A stretch of DNA of 64,000 nt. Source: Escherichia coli (lineage in GTDB: Bacteria; Pseudomonadota; Gammaproteobacteria; Enterobacterales; Enterobacteriaceae). The notes beneath the pieces are model-generated. The model was not told where the DNA came from. It worked only from the letters and a program-made list of their open reading frames with translations, and did no database searches. Location: assembly GCF_003019035.1 (NCBI RefSeq), contig NZ_CP027447.1; one strand, given 5' to 3'. Made by a program: the position numbers and the translations under genes. Positions 43,164-54,264 of the stretch are shown piece after piece. The first letter of the stretch is position 1; each line of letters starts with the position of its first letter.

Positions 43164-44876
43164 TTAATCCCACAAATCGCGCGCCGGATCGAGCACCGGG
43201 CGAATGATGCCCGCACGCACCGTAAAGTCGCCGAAGCCTTCACCCGCTTCGCGCTCTTTCGCCCAGCGCCCTATCAGTTCATCAAGCGACGCCAGGATTT
43301 CCGGTTCGGTGATGTTTTCTTTATACATCCGTGGGATACGTGTCCCAATGCGGTTGCCGCCAAGATGCAGGTTGTAGCGACCCGGCGCTTTACCCACCAG
43401 GCCCACTTCCGCCAGCATCGCGCGACCACAACCGTTCGGGCAGCCTGTTACACGCATCACGATATGCTCATCGCTGACACCATGTTTCGCCATTAAATTA
43501 TCGATGTTGTCGATAAAAGACGGCAGGAAACGCTCCGCTTCCGCCATCGCCAGCGGGCAAGTCGGGAATGACACGCAGGCCATTGAGTTTTCACGCTGCG
43601 GCGTGACGGCATTCATTAACCCGCTTTCTTTGGCGATCTTCTCGATCTTCGCTTTCTCGCTTTCCGGCACGCCGGCGATGATCAGATTCTGGTTCGCCGT
43701 AATGCGGAAATCACCTTTGTGGATCTTCGCGATCTCCAGCAAGCCGGTTTTCAGCGGACGCCCCGGATAATCAAGGATGCGACCATTTTCGATAAACAGC
43801 GTCAGGTGCCAGTTATCATCAATGCCCTTAACCCAGCCAATACGATCGCCGCGTCCGGTAAACTCATACGGGCGAATCGGCTCGAATTTGATCCCCGCGC
43901 GACGCTCAACTTCCGCTTTAAACGTCTCAACCCCTACGCGCTCCAGCGTGTATTTGGTTTTGGCATTTTTACGATCGGTTCGGTTACCCCAGTCACGCTG
44001 AGTTGTCACGACGGCTTCCGCCACCGCCAGCGTATGCTCCAGCGGCAGATAGCCAAACTCACTCGCCGTGCGGGCGTAGGTTTTCTTGTTGCCATGTTCG
44101 ATGGAAAGCCCACCGCCCACCAGCAGGTTAAAGCCCACCAGCTTGCCGTTTTCGGCGATCGCCACGAAGTTCATGTCGTTGGCGTGCAGATCGATATCGT
44201 TCTGCGGCGGGATCACTACCGTGGTTTTGAATTTACGCGGCAAATAAGTCTGACCGAGGATCGGTTCTTCATCGGTGGTGGCGACTTTTTCCTGATCGAG
44301 CCAGATCTCCGCATACGCGCGGGTACGCGGCAGCAGATGTTCAGATATTTTCTTAGCCCATTCATAGGCTTCCGCGTGCAGCTGCGACTCGTAAGGGTTC
44401 GAGGTGCAGAGTACGTTACGGTTCATGTCGTTAGCAGTCGCCAGCGCATCAAGACCGACCGAGTGCAGCATCTGGTGCACCGGTTTGACGTTCTTTTTCA
44501 GAATGCCGTGGAACTGAAACGTCTGGCGGTTGGTCAGGCGAATGCTGCCATAGATGGTGTTTTCACCGGCAAATTTGTCTATCGCCTGCCACTGTTTGGT
44601 GGTGATCACGCCACCCGGCAGACGGCAGCGCAACAGCATCGCGTGGCGCGGCTCCAGCTTCTGTTCAGCACGTTCGGCGCGGATGTCGCGGTCATCCTGC
44701 TGATACATGCCGTGGAAGCGGATCAGCAGGAAGTTGTCGCCCTTAAAGCCGCCGGTCAGACCGTCGTTTAAATCTTCCGCAATGGTGCCGCGCAGGTAGT
44801 TGCTTTCAAGCTTCATGCGCTCGGCGTCTGTCAGTTTTCCTTCGACCACTAAAGGCCCTGGATGCTTTTCGTTCAT
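43164..44876 (-). CDS. cysI: Sulfite reductase hemoprotein beta subunit CysI (570 aa)
   Basis: 570 aa, siroheme/4Fe-4S Cys cluster. Confidence 0.96.
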   Translation of the reverse strand: MNEKHPGPLVVEGKLTDAERMKLESNYLRGTIAEDLNDGLTGGFKGDNFLLIRFHGMYQQDDRDIRAERAEQKLEPRHAMLLRCRLPGGVITTKQWQAIDKFAGENTIYGSIRLTNRQTFQFHGILKKNVKPVHQMLHSVGLDALATANDMNRNVLCTSNPYESQLHAEAYEWAKKISEHLLPRTRAYAEIWLDQEKVATTDEEPILGQTYLPRKFKTTVVIPPQNDIDLHANDMNFVAIAENGKLVGFNLLVGGGLSIEHGNKKTYARTASEFGYLPLEHTLAVAEAVVTTQRDWGNRTDRKNAKTKYTLERVGVETFKAEVERRAGIKFEPIRPYEFTGRGDRIGWVKGIDDNWHLTLFIENGRILDYPGRPLKTGLLEIAKIHKGDFRITANQNLIIAGVPESEKAKIEKIAKESGLMNAVTPQRENSMACVSFPTCPLAMAEAERFLPSFIDNIDNLMAKHGVSDEHIVMRVTGCPNGCGRAMLAEVGLVGKAPGRYNLHLGGNRIGTRIPRMYKENITEPEILASLDELIGRWAKEREAGEGFGDFTVRAGIIRPVLDPARDLWD

Positions 44877-46675
44877 TAGTAGACATCTCGCTGATAACGG
44901 CGCTCTACGCGCAGCTCACTTAAAAATTCATCCGCCGCTTCGGTGTCCATGCCACCAAATTCGGCAATCACTTCCAGAAGTGCCTGTTCAACGTCTTTCG
45001 CCATGCGATTAGCGTCGCCGCAGACATAAATGTGGGCACCGTCATTGATCCAGCGCCACAGCTCTGCGCCCTGTTCGCGCAGTTTGTCTTGTACGTAAAC
45101 TTTTTCTTTTTGATCGCGCGACCAGGCAAGATCGATGCGGCTCAATACGCCTTCTTTCACGTAGCGCTGCCACTCCACCTGGTAGAGGAAATCTTCCGTA
45201 AAGTGCGGGTTGCCAAAGAACAACCAGTTTTTACCCGGCGCTTCGTCAGCAGCACGTTGCTGCATAAAGGCGCGGAACGGCGCAATACCGGTGCCTGGGC
45301 CAATCATAATCACCGGGGTTTCCGGGTTGGCTGGCAGGCGGAAGTTGTCGTTATGTTCGATAAAGACGCGAACTTCGCCCTCTTCTTCCACACGATCCGC
45401 GAGGAAACTAGAGGCACCACCGGCACGGGCGCGGCCTTCCACGTCGTAACGCACCACACCAACGGTGACGTGTACTTCGTTCTCGACTTCCGCCTGCGAG
45501 GAGGCGATGGAATACAGGCGCGGCGTCAGCGGGCGCAGCAAGTTAATGAGGGCTTCAGCGTCAAGCTGTGCCGGAGAGAAACGCACCATGTCAACAATCG
45601 GCGTCGTCGCGGCGTAATGCTGCAACTTCGCTTTATCGCCCACCAGCGGCAGCAGCGTTTCGCTGCGGGTAAGCGTGGCATAGTTCTCAACAATGTTGGC
45701 GGTGTTGACGGTCAGTTCGAAGTGCCACTGTAGCGCTTCGTTCAGAGGCAACGTTTTGCCCTCAACGGTGACAGGTTCATCGCCTTTCAGCCACAGCAGT
45801 TCGACAAGTTCTTTCACCAGTGCCGGATCGTTCTGATACCAGACGCCCAGCGCGTCACCCGGCTGGTAACGCAGGCCCGAGTCACCTAAGTCAATTTCGA
45901 TATGGCGAACGTCTTTTTCAGAGTTACGCCCGGTAATTTTCTGGTTAACAGAGAGGCTCGCCACCAGCGGCGCGTCTTTGCTATACGGGCTGGTGTGGAT
46001 TTCATTTACCGTGCCAGTAGCGACGGATTGCGAAGGTGCCGCGACAGGCGCACGCGATTTAAGCGCATCAACCACGCGGGCGCGCCACTCGCTGGCAGCG
46101 GCCTGATATTCAACATCGGCATCGACACGGTCGAGCAGGCGTTCACCGCCCAGTTCCGCCAGCTTGCTGTCAAAATCTTTCCCGGACTGGCAGAAAAATT
46201 CATAAGAGCTATCGCCGAGGCTAAACACGGCAAATGCGGTGTTTTCCAGCTTCGGCGCTTTTTTGGAGAACAGGAACTTATGCAGCGCGACGGCTTCTTC
46301 CGGCGGTTCCCCTTCCCCTTGCGTTGACGTCACCACGATAAGCAGTTTTTCGCTGGCGATTTGTTTGAATTTATAGTCGCCCGCGTTCACCAGCTTAACG
46401 TTTAGTTTTGCCGCTAATAAGTCATCGCGTAACGCTTCAGCAACCCGGCGCGCATTGCCGGTTTGCGAGGCGGAGATAATAGTTATACCCGGCATTTCTG
46501 CGGCGGGCGCTGGCGTCGCTGCAAGCGCAGCAGGCTGCTGGTTGAGCACGCCCCAGAAATAGCCAGAAACCCAGGCAAGCTGGGTGGGAGTTAAATCGGT
46601 CGTGGCCGCCTGAAGGCGTGCCAGTTGCTCCGGGTTCAACGGAAGCAACGCGGAAGGTGAGACCTGTGTCGTCAT
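44876..46675 (-). CDS. cysJ: Sulfite reductase flavoprotein alpha subunit CysJ (599 aa)
   Basis: Flavodoxin + FAD/NADPH reductase domains, 599 aa. Confidence 0.96.
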   Translation of the reverse strand: MTTQVSPSALLPLNPEQLARLQAATTDLTPTQLAWVSGYFWGVLNQQPAALAATPAPAAEMPGITIISASQTGNARRVAEALRDDLLAAKLNVKLVNAGDYKFKQIASEKLLIVVTSTQGEGEPPEEAVALHKFLFSKKAPKLENTAFAVFSLGDSSYEFFCQSGKDFDSKLAELGGERLLDRVDADVEYQAAASEWRARVVDALKSRAPVAAPSQSVATGTVNEIHTSPYSKDAPLVASLSVNQKITGRNSEKDVRHIEIDLGDSGLRYQPGDALGVWYQNDPALVKELVELLWLKGDEPVTVEGKTLPLNEALQWHFELTVNTANIVENYATLTRSETLLPLVGDKAKLQHYAATTPIVDMVRFSPAQLDAEALINLLRPLTPRLYSIASSQAEVENEVHVTVGVVRYDVEGRARAGGASSFLADRVEEEGEVRVFIEHNDNFRLPANPETPVIMIGPGTGIAPFRAFMQQRAADEAPGKNWLFFGNPHFTEDFLYQVEWQRYVKEGVLSRIDLAWSRDQKEKVYVQDKLREQGAELWRWINDGAHIYVCGDANRMAKDVEQALLEVIAEFGGMDTEAADEFLSELRVERRYQRDVY

Positions 46676-46990
46676 GCGTCGTTATGTTCCAGTAAGCAAA
46701 GCTGTTTCTGCGCCCTGTCAGCGCCCATAAAACAGAAGAGAAGGTAAGGTTAACGGGGTGAACGGTGTGGATTAAAGACGGGATAGCGATAACTAATAAC
46801 CAAATCGACTAACCTGTTTTAGCAATAGTCTTTAACAACAAAATAGATTACTCAACCCAATGAAAAACAAGTGAATTTAGCCAATCATTAAGATAAATCA
46901 GCGATTTTGCGCAACAAAGTCGTTTTAGATAATGCGAAAAAACAGCCTTTCCGGTACTCTACGGCGGTTTTATCGTCCTGTAGAGAAATT

Positions 46991-47356
46991 ATGATGTCCA
47001 CCACGTTATTTAAAGATTTCACCTTCGAAGCCGCTCACCGCTTACCACACGTCCCGGAAGGACATAAATGTGGTCGCCTGCACGGGCATTCCTTTATGGT
47101 GCGACTGGAAATTACCGGGGAAGTCGATCCGCATACGGGCTGGATTATCGATTTCGCTGAACTGAAAGCAGCGTTTAAACCAACCTATGATCGCCTCGAT
47201 CACTATTATCTCAATGATATTCCTGGCCTGGAAAACCCGACCAGCGAGGTTTTAGCAAAATGGATTTGGGATCAGGTTAAACCGGTTGTTCCGCTGTTAA
47301 GTGCGGTGATGGTGAAAGAAACCTGCACCGCAGGTTGCATCTATCGCGGCGAATGA
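46991..47356 (+). CDS. queD: 6-carboxy-5,6,7,8-tetrahydropterin synthase QueD (121 aa)
   Basis: Starts [18 protein letters not shown], conserved CxxxHGH motif. Confidence 0.92.
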   Translation: MMSTTLFKDFTFEAAHRLPHVPEGHKCGRLHGHSFMVRLEITGEVDPHTGWIIDFAELKAAFKPTYDRLDHYYLNDIPGLENPTSEVLAKWIWDQVKPVVPLLSAVMVKETCTAGCIYRGE

Positions 47357-47433
47357 TAAGAGTGTGTCGGCGGTCAATTTCCCTTAAGTAACGCTATGTT
47401 AGGGTGTTGCGCTCTGGATATCTGGGGCATGAC

Positions 47434-48705
47434 ATGGAAGACGACTGCGACATTATTATTATTGGTGCCGGTATAGCAGGCACCGCTTGTGCTTTACGCT
47501 GCGCGCGGGCAGGTTTATCCGTTCTGTTACTGGAACGCGCTGAAATTCCCGGCAGTAAAAACCTTTCCGGCGGGCGTTTATATACCCAGGCGCTCGCGGA
47601 ACTCCTCCCTCAGTTTCACCTGACCGCGCCTCTTGAACGACGCATCACTCACGAAAGTCTTTCTCTGCTAACGCCGGATGGCGCAACGACGTTTTCCAGC
47701 TTACAGCCCGGCGGTGAATCCTGGAGCGTATTACGTGCACGGTTCGATCCGTGGCTGGTTGCCGAAGCCGAAAAAGAAGGTGTCGAATGCATCCCTGGTG
47801 CGACGGTAGATGCGCTGTATGAAGAAAACGGCAGGGTGTGTGGTGTCATTTGTGGTGACGATATTCTCCGCGCCCGTTATGTGGTGCTGGCAGAAGGTGC
47901 CAACAGCGTCCTGGCTGAGCGTCACGGGTTAGTGACTCGTCCTGCTGGCGAAGCGATGGCGTTGGGGATCAAAGAAGTGCTGTCGCTGGAAACATCCGCT
48001 ATTGAAGAACGTTTTCATCTGGAGAATAACGAAGGCGCAGCGTTGCTGTTCAGCGGCGGGATCTGTGATGACTTACCCGGCGGCGCATTTCTTTATACTA
48101 ATCAACAAACGCTCTCGTTAGGGATTGTTTGCCCGCTCTCTTCCCTTACGCAAAGTCGTGTTCCGGCAAGCGAGCTGCTGGCTCGCTTTAAAACGCATCC
48201 GGCAGTGCGCCCGCTTATCAAAAACACGGAATCACTGGAGTATGGTGCGCATCTGGTGCCAGAAGGTGGCTTGCACAGTATGCCGGTGCAATACGCCGGT
48301 AACGGCTGGCTGCTGGTGGGCGATGCGTTGCGCAGTTGCGTCAATACCGGAATTTCCGTGCGCGGCATGGATATGGCGCTGACTGGCGCGCAGGCGGCGG
48401 CACAAACGCTGATAAGCGCCTGCCAGCACCGCGAGCCGCAAAATCTGTTTGCGCTTTATCATCACAACGTAGAGCGCAGCCTGCTATGGGATGTTCTACA
48501 ACGTTATCAGCATGTTCCGGCGCTTTTGCAACGCCCTGGATGGTACCGTGCGTGGCCTGCGTTAATGCAGGATATTTCCCGCGATTTATGGGATCAGGGT
48601 GATAAACCTGTTCCACCGCTGCGCCAGTTATTCTGGCGTCATTTACGTCGTCATGGCCTGTGGCATCTGGCGGGCGATGTTATCAGGAGTCTGCGATGTC
48701 TGTAG
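47434..48705 (+). CDS. ygcN: FixC-like FAD-dependent oxidoreductase (ETF-quinone oxidoreductase family, 423 aa)
   Basis: N-terminal dinucleotide-binding motif DIIIIGAGIAG; start chosen at MEDDCD. Confidence 0.85.
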   Translation: MEDDCDIIIIGAGIAGTACALRCARAGLSVLLLERAEIPGSKNLSGGRLYTQALAELLPQFHLTAPLERRITHESLSLLTPDGATTFSSLQPGGESWSVLRARFDPWLVAEAEKEGVECIPGATVDALYEENGRVCGVICGDDILRARYVVLAEGANSVLAERHGLVTRPAGEAMALGIKEVLSLETSAIEERFHLENNEGAALLFSGGICDDLPGGAFLYTNQQTLSLGIVCPLSSLTQSRVPASELLARFKTHPAVRPLIKNTESLEYGAHLVPEGGLHSMPVQYAGNGWLLVGDALRSCVNTGISVRGMDMALTGAQAAAQTLISACQHREPQNLFALYHHNVERSLLWDVLQRYQHVPALLQRPGWYRAWPALMQDISRDLWDQGDKPVPPLRQLFWRHLRRHGLWHLAGDVIRSLRCL

Positions 48706-48956
48706 CCCGTAATCTCTGGCGCGTTGCCGATGCGCCGCACATTGTTCCGGCTGACTCCGTTGAGCGTCAGACGGTACAACGGTTGATTAACGCCTGTCCG
48801 GCTGGTCTTTTTTCGCTCACACCAGAAGGTGACTTACGTATTGACTATCGCAGTTGCCTGGAGTGTGGCACCTGCCGTTTGCTGTGCGACGAAAAAACAC
48901 TACAACAGTGGCGCTATCCACCTTCCGGATTCGGCATCACCTACCGCTTTGGATAA
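48696..48956 (+). CDS. ygcO: FixX-like ferredoxin (86 aa)
   Basis: Cys cluster CLECGTCRLLCD; overlaps ygcN end. Confidence 0.82.
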   Translation: MSVARNLWRVADAPHIVPADSVERQTVQRLINACPAGLFSLTPEGDLRIDYRSCLECGTCRLLCDEKTLQQWRYPPSGFGITYRFG

Positions 48957-48972
48957 ATAACAAGGATAATTT

Positions 48973-49548
48973 ATGTCCCTCTTACACCTGCTCCGCCAGA
49001 ATCCGGTGATTGCTGCCGTTAAAGATAATGCCAGCCTGCAACTGGCAATCGATTCTGAATGCCAGTTTATTTCCGTGCTATACGGCAATATCTGCACCAT
49101 CAGTCAAATCGTCAAAAAGATTAAAAACGCCGGGAAATATGCCTTTATTCATGTCGATTTGCTGGAAGGCGCGTCAAATAAAGAAGTGGTGATTCAGTTT
49201 TTGAAACTGGTGACTGAGGCGGACGGCATTATCAGTACCAAAGCCTCAATGTTGAAAGCGGCAAGAGCGGAAGGTTTTTTCTGTATTCATCGCCTGTTTA
49301 TTGTTGATTCAATTTCGTTTCACAACATTGATAAGCAAGTTGCGCAATCGAATCCGGATTGTATTGAGATCCTGCCAGGCTGTATGCCCAAAGTGCTGGG
49401 CTGGGTGACGGAGAAAATCCGCCAACCGCTGATTGCTGGCGGGCTGGTGTGCGATGAAGAAGATGCGCGTAATGCGATTAACGCGGGTGTTGTGGCGCTT
49501 TCCACCACGAATACTGGGGTCTGGACGTTAGCGAAAAAATTGCTTTGA
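48973..49548 (+). CDS. ygcP: GlpP-family glycerol-3-phosphate-responsive antiterminator-like regulator (191 aa)
   Basis: 191-aa ORF of GlpP/G3P-antiterminator family length and architecture. Confidence 0.8.
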   Translation: MSLLHLLRQNPVIAAVKDNASLQLAIDSECQFISVLYGNICTISQIVKKIKNAGKYAFIHVDLLEGASNKEVVIQFLKLVTEADGIISTKASMLKAARAEGFFCIHRLFIVDSISFHNIDKQVAQSNPDCIEILPGCMPKVLGWVTEKIRQPLIAGGLVCDEEDARNAINAGVVALSTTNTGVWTLAKKLL

Positions 49549-49583
49549 CGGGATAATCGTAACAAGTTGAATTTGGTGTGATT

Positions 49584-49656
49584 TGTAGGCTGCACGCCAC
49601 ATCCGACATTCAGCGCCTGATGCGACGCTTGACGCGTCTTATCAGGCCTACAAGTC
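49584..49656. repeat. REP/BIME element between convergent ygcP and ygcQ
   Basis: GCCTGATGCGACGCTTGACGCGTCTTATCAGGCCTACAAG plus inverted partial copy upstream. Confidence 0.6.
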
Positions 49657-49695
49657 CCCAGGCCAGAACCGTAGGCAGGATCATCCGGCAACACG

Positions 49696-50556
49696 TTATT
49701 GGCAATCTGCGTGAATGTTTGTCACCAGTGCCTCCAGCACCACTTTCCAGTCATCAACCACGCCAACATCTGCCTGTGAAAATACCGCTGCGCTGGCGTC
49801 ATGATTAATCGCCACCACAAACTTGCTATTGCATACGCCCGCCATTAACGCTGCTGCGCCAGAAGCGCCAACAACAATACACACCTCAGGTGCCAGCAGA
49901 TGTCCGGAAATACCAATCACTTTTTCAGCATCAACGCCACCGTTCATCACTCGCGCCCGACTGTAGCCCACTTCGGCTCCCAGCTTTTCTGCCAGCATAG
50001 CGATTTCCTGGTTATCTGCCTCTCCGCCCTGCCCCACCACCAGCACCCGTCTGGCCTCAGCTAATGGGTCACGGGTAACATTTTTCAGATCCTCTGTGCT
50101 AACCAGCCAGTCGGGAAGCGCGCCGGGGACAATGTTCAGTTGCTGCATACCAGAGGGCAATGTGGCGTTTTTCACTGCTCCCGCCTGGCGGGCAAGGGAA
50201 AGGCATAGCGGGCGTTTTTCTGTTTGCAGCGTCGCCGTTAGCGCATTTCCCCAGTGGGATTTGCGCACGCTTACGGTTGAAATATCTAACGAAGTCACCT
50301 GGCAGATGCTTGCACCATGTAAACGCCAGGCCAGCCGTGTCGACAGTTCATCACCAAACGTTCCCGGCGGAAAGAGAACAACGTCCGCTGGCGTTCGCTG
50401 CCACTGTTCCACCAGCGCATCCAGCACCTGTTCCGCCACTACGGGCTGAGGTTCAATCTGCCAGTGTGCCAGGGTACAACCGCTGAAATCCTGTTCTGCC
50501 AGACAGCTCGCTATTGCGGCATTCTCCTGATTTATTGTCACAATTGCGATATTCAT
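49696..50556 (-). CDS. ygcQ: Electron transfer flavoprotein alpha subunit-like (FixB family, 286 aa)
   Basis: ETF alpha C-terminal FAD-binding region; start at MNIAIVTIN. Confidence 0.85.
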   Translation of the reverse strand: MNIAIVTINQENAAIASCLAEQDFSGCTLAHWQIEPQPVVAEQVLDALVEQWQRTPADVVLFPPGTFGDELSTRLAWRLHGASICQVTSLDISTVSVRKSHWGNALTATLQTEKRPLCLSLARQAGAVKNATLPSGMQQLNIVPGALPDWLVSTEDLKNVTRDPLAEARRVLVVGQGGEADNQEIAMLAEKLGAEVGYSRARVMNGGVDAEKVIGISGHLLAPEVCIVVGASGAAALMAGVCNSKFVVAINHDASAAVFSQADVGVVDDWKVVLEALVTNIHADCQ

Positions 50557-51338
50557 GGCTGCATCCTTTGGCGTAAATAGTCCTGCCATAGCTTTTGCGC
50601 TTTTTCTGCTACCGTTTGCCCATCAATCAGCGTCGCTCCGCGTTGTTGCTCTGCTCTTGCCAGTTGCAGACACAGCATCGCTGGCGATTCGGCAGCAACA
50701 GTTTTACGGATAATTTCTGCTTTCCCCGCCGCCATTCGCTGACGCATTCCCGGTACTGGCAAGGCCACTTCACCACACTGACGCACGGCAATCACCGCAG
50801 GCAAGCGAACCCGGCAACAGCGCAGCCCGTTTTCAGTACGCTGTTCAAGGGTGATAAACGGCGCGTCGAGAGTAAAACGCTCCACCTGGGTGAAGCAGGG
50901 CCAGCCCAGCATTTCCGCCAGCAAAAATGGCGTTTGCCCATTCTGCCCTTCGCTGCTTTGGCAGCCGGTAATGATCAGATCCAGCGGATTCTGACGCTGC
51001 CATTCGGCAATATGGCGAGCGACAAATTCCGGCGCAAAGCGCAGATCTGCCACCGTCTCCAGCAATACAGCGTCCTCAAACCCAAGAGCCATGAGATAGC
51101 GCAGCCAGTGCAACGCCCGTTCATCCCCCATGCTCAACGCGGTTAAAGACATCGGCGTACCGTTTTTTCTCTGCGCTAACAGAAGCGCGGCAGCCGCCTG
51201 TTCATCAGCACCGAGTAAACTTCGCAGCAGCGAAACATCCGGTCCGCAATTACCCTGAGCCGCCACCTGCCACTCTTTTTCTGCCAGCATTCCGGCATCC
51301 GGTTCGGCTTTAAACGCTAACAGAATGTTCATTCGCAC
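50553..51338 (-). CDS. ygcR: Electron transfer flavoprotein beta subunit-like (FixA family)
   Basis: ETF beta-like ORF overlapping ygcQ start; exact start uncertain. Confidence 0.83.
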   Translation of the reverse strand: MRMNILLAFKAEPDAGMLAEKEWQVAAQGNCGPDVSLLRSLLGADEQAAAALLLAQRKNGTPMSLTALSMGDERALHWLRYLMALGFEDAVLLETVADLRFAPEFVARHIAEWQRQNPLDLIITGCQSSEGQNGQTPFLLAEMLGWPCFTQVERFTLDAPFITLEQRTENGLRCCRVRLPAVIAVRQCGEVALPVPGMRQRMAAGKAEIIRKTVAAESPAMLCLQLARAEQQRGATLIDGQTVAEKAQKLWQDYLRQRMQP

Positions 51339-52647
51339 CTCCTACATTTCCCGCCGCCACCAGCGGGAGTGCTTTGGTTTCTGGCGCCCATAACCAGGTA
51401 ACAACAAAACCAACCAACAACACTGCCGCCAGAAGCAATAAAGTGACCGGCATCCCCCACTGCGCCAGCACCCACGGCAGCAGGCCAGTACTTACCGCCG
51501 CCCCCAACCGACTCATGGCGGTGGCAAAACCGACGCCCAGCGAGCGAATGTCAGTAGGAAAACTTTCCGCAGGCAAAATGCCCACCAGATTACTGACTGC
51601 AGAAATGGTGGTGCTGAAGAGAACAAAAAGCAGCAGCGTTAATGAACTGCCGGAAGGCAAACAGGCCATCACTACCAGCGTTGCCGCCAGCAGCAAAAAA
51701 CTTCCCAGCAAAAACTTGCGATGTGCCAGCAGGTGCGTCAGAACTAATCCCAGCAGCGCGCCCACAATTAACAACGCATTAAGCATCAGGCTGGCGGTCA
51801 GCGCATCCTCCAGACCAATAGTCTGGGCGATGGTCGGCAGCCAGGTATAAATCACAAACCATGGGATTACGAGGCAGACAAAGAAGACGCTGTTAAACGC
51901 CGTGCGTCGCCAGTAGCGCGAAGAGAACAAGGTTTTGATGTGTTTATGGGTCGCCGCTGCCACTTCATCGCCCAGTAAAACATGTGGCCCCAAATAGCGA
52001 TGCACAATAGCGTGAGCTTCAGCAAAACGTCCCTGACGCATCAGCCAGCGTGGCGATTCTGGCGTTCCCCAGCGTAATAACGTAATCAACAATGCGGGCA
52101 GAGCTGCCGATGCCAACAGCCAGCGCCAGGCCTCCGGGTTTTCGGAAATAAAGTGATGTCCAGCAATACTTGCCAGCACATAGCCTACGGTCCACACCAC
52201 GCTGAATGCGCCCAGCAAAATACCGCGATGGCGGCGCGGGGAAAATTCAGCCAGCAAGGTGTGACCGACTGAGTAATCGCCTCCCAGACCAATGCCGATC
52301 AAAATGCGCAATCCAATAAGATGCTCTGGCGTGGTGGCAAAAAATTGCAAGAACGAAGCGAGCGTAATCAGCATAAAACTGAAGGTGAAAATTTTTTGCC
52401 GCCCGATATGGTCGGAGATCCACCCCAAAACCAGGCTGCCAAGAAACAAACCAAGTAACGCCGAGCCGCCGATCATTCCCGCCATAAACGGCGTCAGTTG
52501 CATGGCTGGAGTAAGCTGAATAATGGCGTAACCAATGACGCCGAGGACATAACCGTCGGTCAGGTGCGCACCGAAAGTGAGCGCAGCAATTCGACAGTGA
52601 AAACGGTTAAGCGGTAAATCATCCATTCGCACCGGTGAAGTGTTCAT
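51310..52647 (-). CDS. ygcS: MFS transporter (445 aa)
   Basis: 12-TM MFS topology; start at MNTSPVRMDDLPLNRFH. Confidence 0.83.
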   Translation of the reverse strand: MNTSPVRMDDLPLNRFHCRIAALTFGAHLTDGYVLGVIGYAIIQLTPAMQLTPFMAGMIGGSALLGLFLGSLVLGWISDHIGRQKIFTFSFMLITLASFLQFFATTPEHLIGLRILIGIGLGGDYSVGHTLLAEFSPRRHRGILLGAFSVVWTVGYVLASIAGHHFISENPEAWRWLLASAALPALLITLLRWGTPESPRWLMRQGRFAEAHAIVHRYLGPHVLLGDEVAAATHKHIKTLFSSRYWRRTAFNSVFFVCLVIPWFVIYTWLPTIAQTIGLEDALTASLMLNALLIVGALLGLVLTHLLAHRKFLLGSFLLLAATLVVMACLPSGSSLTLLLFVLFSTTISAVSNLVGILPAESFPTDIRSLGVGFATAMSRLGAAVSTGLLPWVLAQWGMPVTLLLLAAVLLVGFVVTWLWAPETKALPLVAAGNVGGANEHSVSV

Positions 52648-52740
52648 CTTTACCCCTTCATTGTCCGGTAATAAGAACGGCTTCTCGCCTGAGAAGCCGA
52701 AAAGGCAACGCCCCGACATCACGGGACGCTGCCTGACACA

Positions 52741-54195
52741 TTATTTTTCAATCGGATAGATAGTACCCGTATTCATAATGCCGTTAGGATCGAACTGCTT
52801 TTTCAGCCCTTCCAGCAACGCCCACGCGCTGCCGTGTTCCAGTTTGCTCCAGTGAACGCGATGTTTACCGATACCGTGGTGGTGCACCATCGAACCGCCG
52901 AGGCGAATGGTTTCTTCGCAGATGATTTTGTTGAGCGGATTGTGGTACTTGTCGATTTCCTCTTCCGGCTTACAGTCAACGACGTTGTAGTCGTAGACGA
53001 AGTACATGTTGGTGCCGTTCTGATAGCTATGAGAGGAGTGACCGCCCAGCATGGTGATGTCGTCGGCGTGCGCGAACTCGGTACGAATACGGTTAATAAC
53101 GCTTTCGTAGATTTCGTGGATGCAGCTCCAGCAGCCGGACACTTCGGTGGTAAAGCCCATGTTGCCGGTTTTGAGGATCTGCACACGTTCAGCGGCCACT
53201 TTATCCGGCCCCCAGTTCAGGTGATTAAACCAGGTTTCGATCAGCTTGCTGTCCACGCGCTGGCATTGCGGGTAACGTGCCACGATTTCAGCAATCCCTT
53301 CGCCCGTCGCCTTCGCAATGCGAGGGTTACCTTCAGCCATAAAGATCAGCACACATTTACCATCGGCAAAATGGGTGAAGTGTTGGGTGCCATCTTCAGC
53401 GTCATACAAACGAGCGATCGACGGACGATACCCTTCCACCATGATTTCACGCAGGATGTTGAAGCCGGTTTTCATGTCTTCCAGGATATAGCCGTAGAAG
53501 AGGTTGTTTTCCGGGGTGAACTTAAAGATTTTCACTGTTACTTCAGTGATATAGCACAATGCACCTTCGTTGCCGATGATAATGTGACGAATGTCCGGGC
53601 CTGCCGCGCGGCGTGGTACGTTTTTAATACGTGTGACGGTGCCATCAGCCAATACTGCTTCCAGACCAACGACCATATCTTCGATTGCGCCGTAGAGTGT
53701 GGAGAACTGCCCGATACTGCGGGTTGCTACCAGGCCGCCCATCTGCGCCAGCGGTTTTGATTGCGGTGAATGCCCCGTGGTGTAACCTTTTTCACGCAAC
53801 GTGTTTTCCAGCACCTCCAGCGGAACACCACATTGCGCCGTGGCCTGCATATTCTCAATATCAATATTAATGATTTGATTCATGGCAGAGCCGTCGAGCA
53901 CCACCGAGTTTTCCACAACGGTTTCCAGCCCACCTTCGGTAGCGGAAGCACCGGTACGCGGCACACCGTTAATTTTGTGCGCATTCATAAAATTCAGCAC
54001 ACGGGATACTTGTTCTGTGGAACCGAGTTTTACGACCGATGCCGGAATCGGCAAAGTATAAATGCCATGAATATCCGGAAATTTGCGAAAACGGTCAATA
54101 CTGTTTTTCTTTAATACTGTTTCATCGGTAATTACGCGATCTGCACCAACAATTTCCTTTAGCTGGTCGACAATCGCTGCGCGGGATAAAGACAT
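52741..54195 (-). CDS. ygcU: FAD-linked oxidase (PCMH/GlcD-like, alkyl-DHAP synthase family, 484 aa)
   Basis: FAD-binding PCMH-type domain sequence, 484 aa. Confidence 0.88.
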   Translation of the reverse strand: MSLSRAAIVDQLKEIVGADRVITDETVLKKNSIDRFRKFPDIHGIYTLPIPASVVKLGSTEQVSRVLNFMNAHKINGVPRTGASATEGGLETVVENSVVLDGSAMNQIINIDIENMQATAQCGVPLEVLENTLREKGYTTGHSPQSKPLAQMGGLVATRSIGQFSTLYGAIEDMVVGLEAVLADGTVTRIKNVPRRAAGPDIRHIIIGNEGALCYITEVTVKIFKFTPENNLFYGYILEDMKTGFNILREIMVEGYRPSIARLYDAEDGTQHFTHFADGKCVLIFMAEGNPRIAKATGEGIAEIVARYPQCQRVDSKLIETWFNHLNWGPDKVAAERVQILKTGNMGFTTEVSGCWSCIHEIYESVINRIRTEFAHADDITMLGGHSSHSYQNGTNMYFVYDYNVVDCKPEEEIDKYHNPLNKIICEETIRLGGSMVHHHGIGKHRVHWSKLEHGSAWALLEGLKKQFDPNGIMNTGTIYPIEK

Positions 54196-54264
54196 AGTAA
54201 TTCCTTCCTGATAATAAAAATGGAATAGTCATTAATAAGAGAAAACAGAAACCACCGTTATGGA

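Noticed and set aside
43719-44771. 350-aa plus-strand ORF
   Set aside because: Antisense to cysI; no family resemblance, and cysI is well supported.
45032-45733. 233-aa plus-strand ORF
   Set aside because: Antisense to cysJ; Arg/Gly-rich composition typical of out-of-frame reading of a GC-rich gene.
52834-53760. 308-aa plus-strand ORF
   Set aside because: Lies entirely antisense within ygcU, which has clear FAD-oxidase family features; typical shadow ORF in a GC-biased coding region.
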